NCBI GenBank assembly: GCA_016840085.1
Contig: JAEOTA010000004.1
Coordinates: 224,001 to 288,000 of the forward strand
DNA length: 64,000 nt
DNA from: Promethearchaeota archaeon
GTDB taxonomy: Archaea; Asgardarchaeota; Lokiarchaeia; Sigyniarchaeales; SOKP01
Direction: 5' to 3'
Below the pieces are notes generated by a model. That model was not told the origin of the DNA and searched no databases. It saw only the letters and a program-made list of their open reading frames with translations. The position numbers and the translations under genes are program-made. Shown here piece by piece: positions 62,847 through 64,000 of this stretch (the first letter of the stretch is position 1; each line of letters starts with the position of its first letter).

Positions 62847-63002
62847 TAAATAAATTTTTACTATATTTTACATGAAACTGCTATAAATTTTTAATTTTGT
62901 GGTTTTAGAACGTAAAAAAAATCAACACAAAAAATTAAATGTTAACATATCTTTTCGTTAATCAAATACCTTATTATTAATTTAATTATAGTAAATTAGG
63001 AG

Positions 63003-63353
63003 TTGGTTAAAAAAATGTTCACAAAAGAGGATGTGGAGGTATTAGCGTTTCAAAGGTATAAATCTGATGAAAATTATGAAAAGAGTGTTTGGTATCTAGC
63101 TGAATTATGCTGTACAATAAACAAAAATGTCAAAAATGGATATGATATCAAACCCCTTGAGACTGATAATTTGGTGTTATTAATTAGAGAAGATGTTAAT
63201 GGTGTAGTTATTGAACCAACGGAAGAAGAAATTAAAGAAATTGCTGAGACTATTTATCAAGAACATCCAGAAAAATCAAAATTACACTGGTTTATTGCTG
63301 AAAAGCAACTCCTTTCAGAAGAGATAAAAAAAGTTATAGAGAATAATAGGTAG
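63003..63353 (+). CDS. Hypothetical protein with two DUF2934-like repeats
   Basis: EDVEVLAFQRY...WYLAE and EEIKEIAETIY...WFIAE. Confidence 0.65.
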   Translation: MVKKMFTKEDVEVLAFQRYKSDENYEKSVWYLAELCCTINKNVKNGYDIKPLETDNLVLLIREDVNGVVIEPTEEEIKEIAETIYQEHPEKSKLHWFIAEKQLLSEEIKKVIENNR

Positions 63354-63516
63354 AAATACTTCTAATTCATAGAAATTAGCTAATTCTATTTATTTACAAA
63401 AATTCTTGACTTTAGAGTAGTACATAAGATATTAAAGAAGGAATAGTGAGTATTATAATAAATATTATAATAATTATTTATAATAGACATTAAGATATTA
63501 TTTTTTATTGGTATTT

Positions 63517-64000
63517 ATGCCACCTCCAAAAAAGAAAAAACTTGACGATAAGGAACAAACTTCACTTTTTTCCTTTGTTGATGAAAAAAAACAGAAGAAA
63601 GATAAATCCCTAGAAAGATCTAAAAAAGAAGAAGTTAAAAAAGATAAAGAAGAAAAACTAAAAATTAAGCCTATAGTTATAAAAGAAGAGAAAATTACAA
63701 ATGCACCATTAACAGAAAAATCAGAAATCCCTCAAGTTTCTTTCTTTAAAGAAAAGGATGAACCTTTTGGGTTAAAAGAAGGAAATGTAACATTAGAGAA
63801 AGTACTCAGAGAAGGAGTAACTTCAAAATATATCCGTTATTTAATCGAAAAGGGAGAAGTAGTTAAAGACTTAAACAGAGGCTTATTACTTGATGTAGAT
63901 TACGATGGTGGACAAAACAAGGCATATTGTAAATTCTACGATTTGGATACTGATGATATAAAGATGTGGATTGACAATACTGATCATGAACCTTATTGTC
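63517..64000 (+). CDS. polB1: DNA polymerase PolB1, N-terminal part (runs off the window)
   Basis: Not in the ORF track. MPPPKKKKLDDKEQTSLFSF...LLLDVDYDGGQNKAYCKFYD...WIDNTDHEPYC resembles the crenarchaeal PolB1 N-terminal domain. Confidence 0.85.
   Translation, partial: MPPPKKKKLDDKEQTSLFSFVDEKKQKKDKSLERSKKEEVKKDKEEKLKIKPIVIKEEKITNAPLTEKSEIPQVSFFKEKDEPFGLKEGNVTLEKVLREGVTSKYIRYLIEKGEVVKDLNRGLLLDVDYDGGQNKAYCKFYDLDTDDIKMWIDNTDHEPYC

Noticed and set aside
1-64000. CRISPR array, rRNA or IS element
   Set aside because: No regularly spaced repeat-spacer array, rRNA-like segment or transposase ORF found by eye.

Overview
AT-rich archaeal chromosomal segment, almost certainly from an Asgard archaeon of the Lokiarchaeia type: it carries a Loki-type profilin, a Rab-like small GTPase, a longin-like protein, a proteasome alpha subunit, PolB1 and PolB2. 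Left part: an edge-truncated helical protein with ~123-aa tandem repeats, housekeeping genes, and a split iRadA / small protein / PolB2 module. Middle: fatty-acid and organic-substrate genes (two acyl-CoA ligases, a frameshifted acyl-CoA dehydrogenase, a liv-type ABC importer with a trailing HEAT-repeat gene), a 2838-aa almost entirely transmembrane protein, GH4, DapL, MFS, ferredoxin-domain, enoyl-CoA hydratase and MBL genes. Right: a ~13 kb phosphate-homeostasis cluster (three DUF47 proteins, PiT, AbrB-PhoU, Ppa, an alkaline-phosphatase-superfamily enzyme). It is built around a non-Pst ABC importer whose two ATPases are degenerate in a complementary way, and its promoters share a CTATATA(T/G) motif. 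The window ends with an MFS pseudogene, a tRNA-Thr(UGU) with a D-loop intron and the 5' end of PolB1. No CRISPR array, integrase or transposase was seen. All assignments come from motif recognition by eye; no searches were run.
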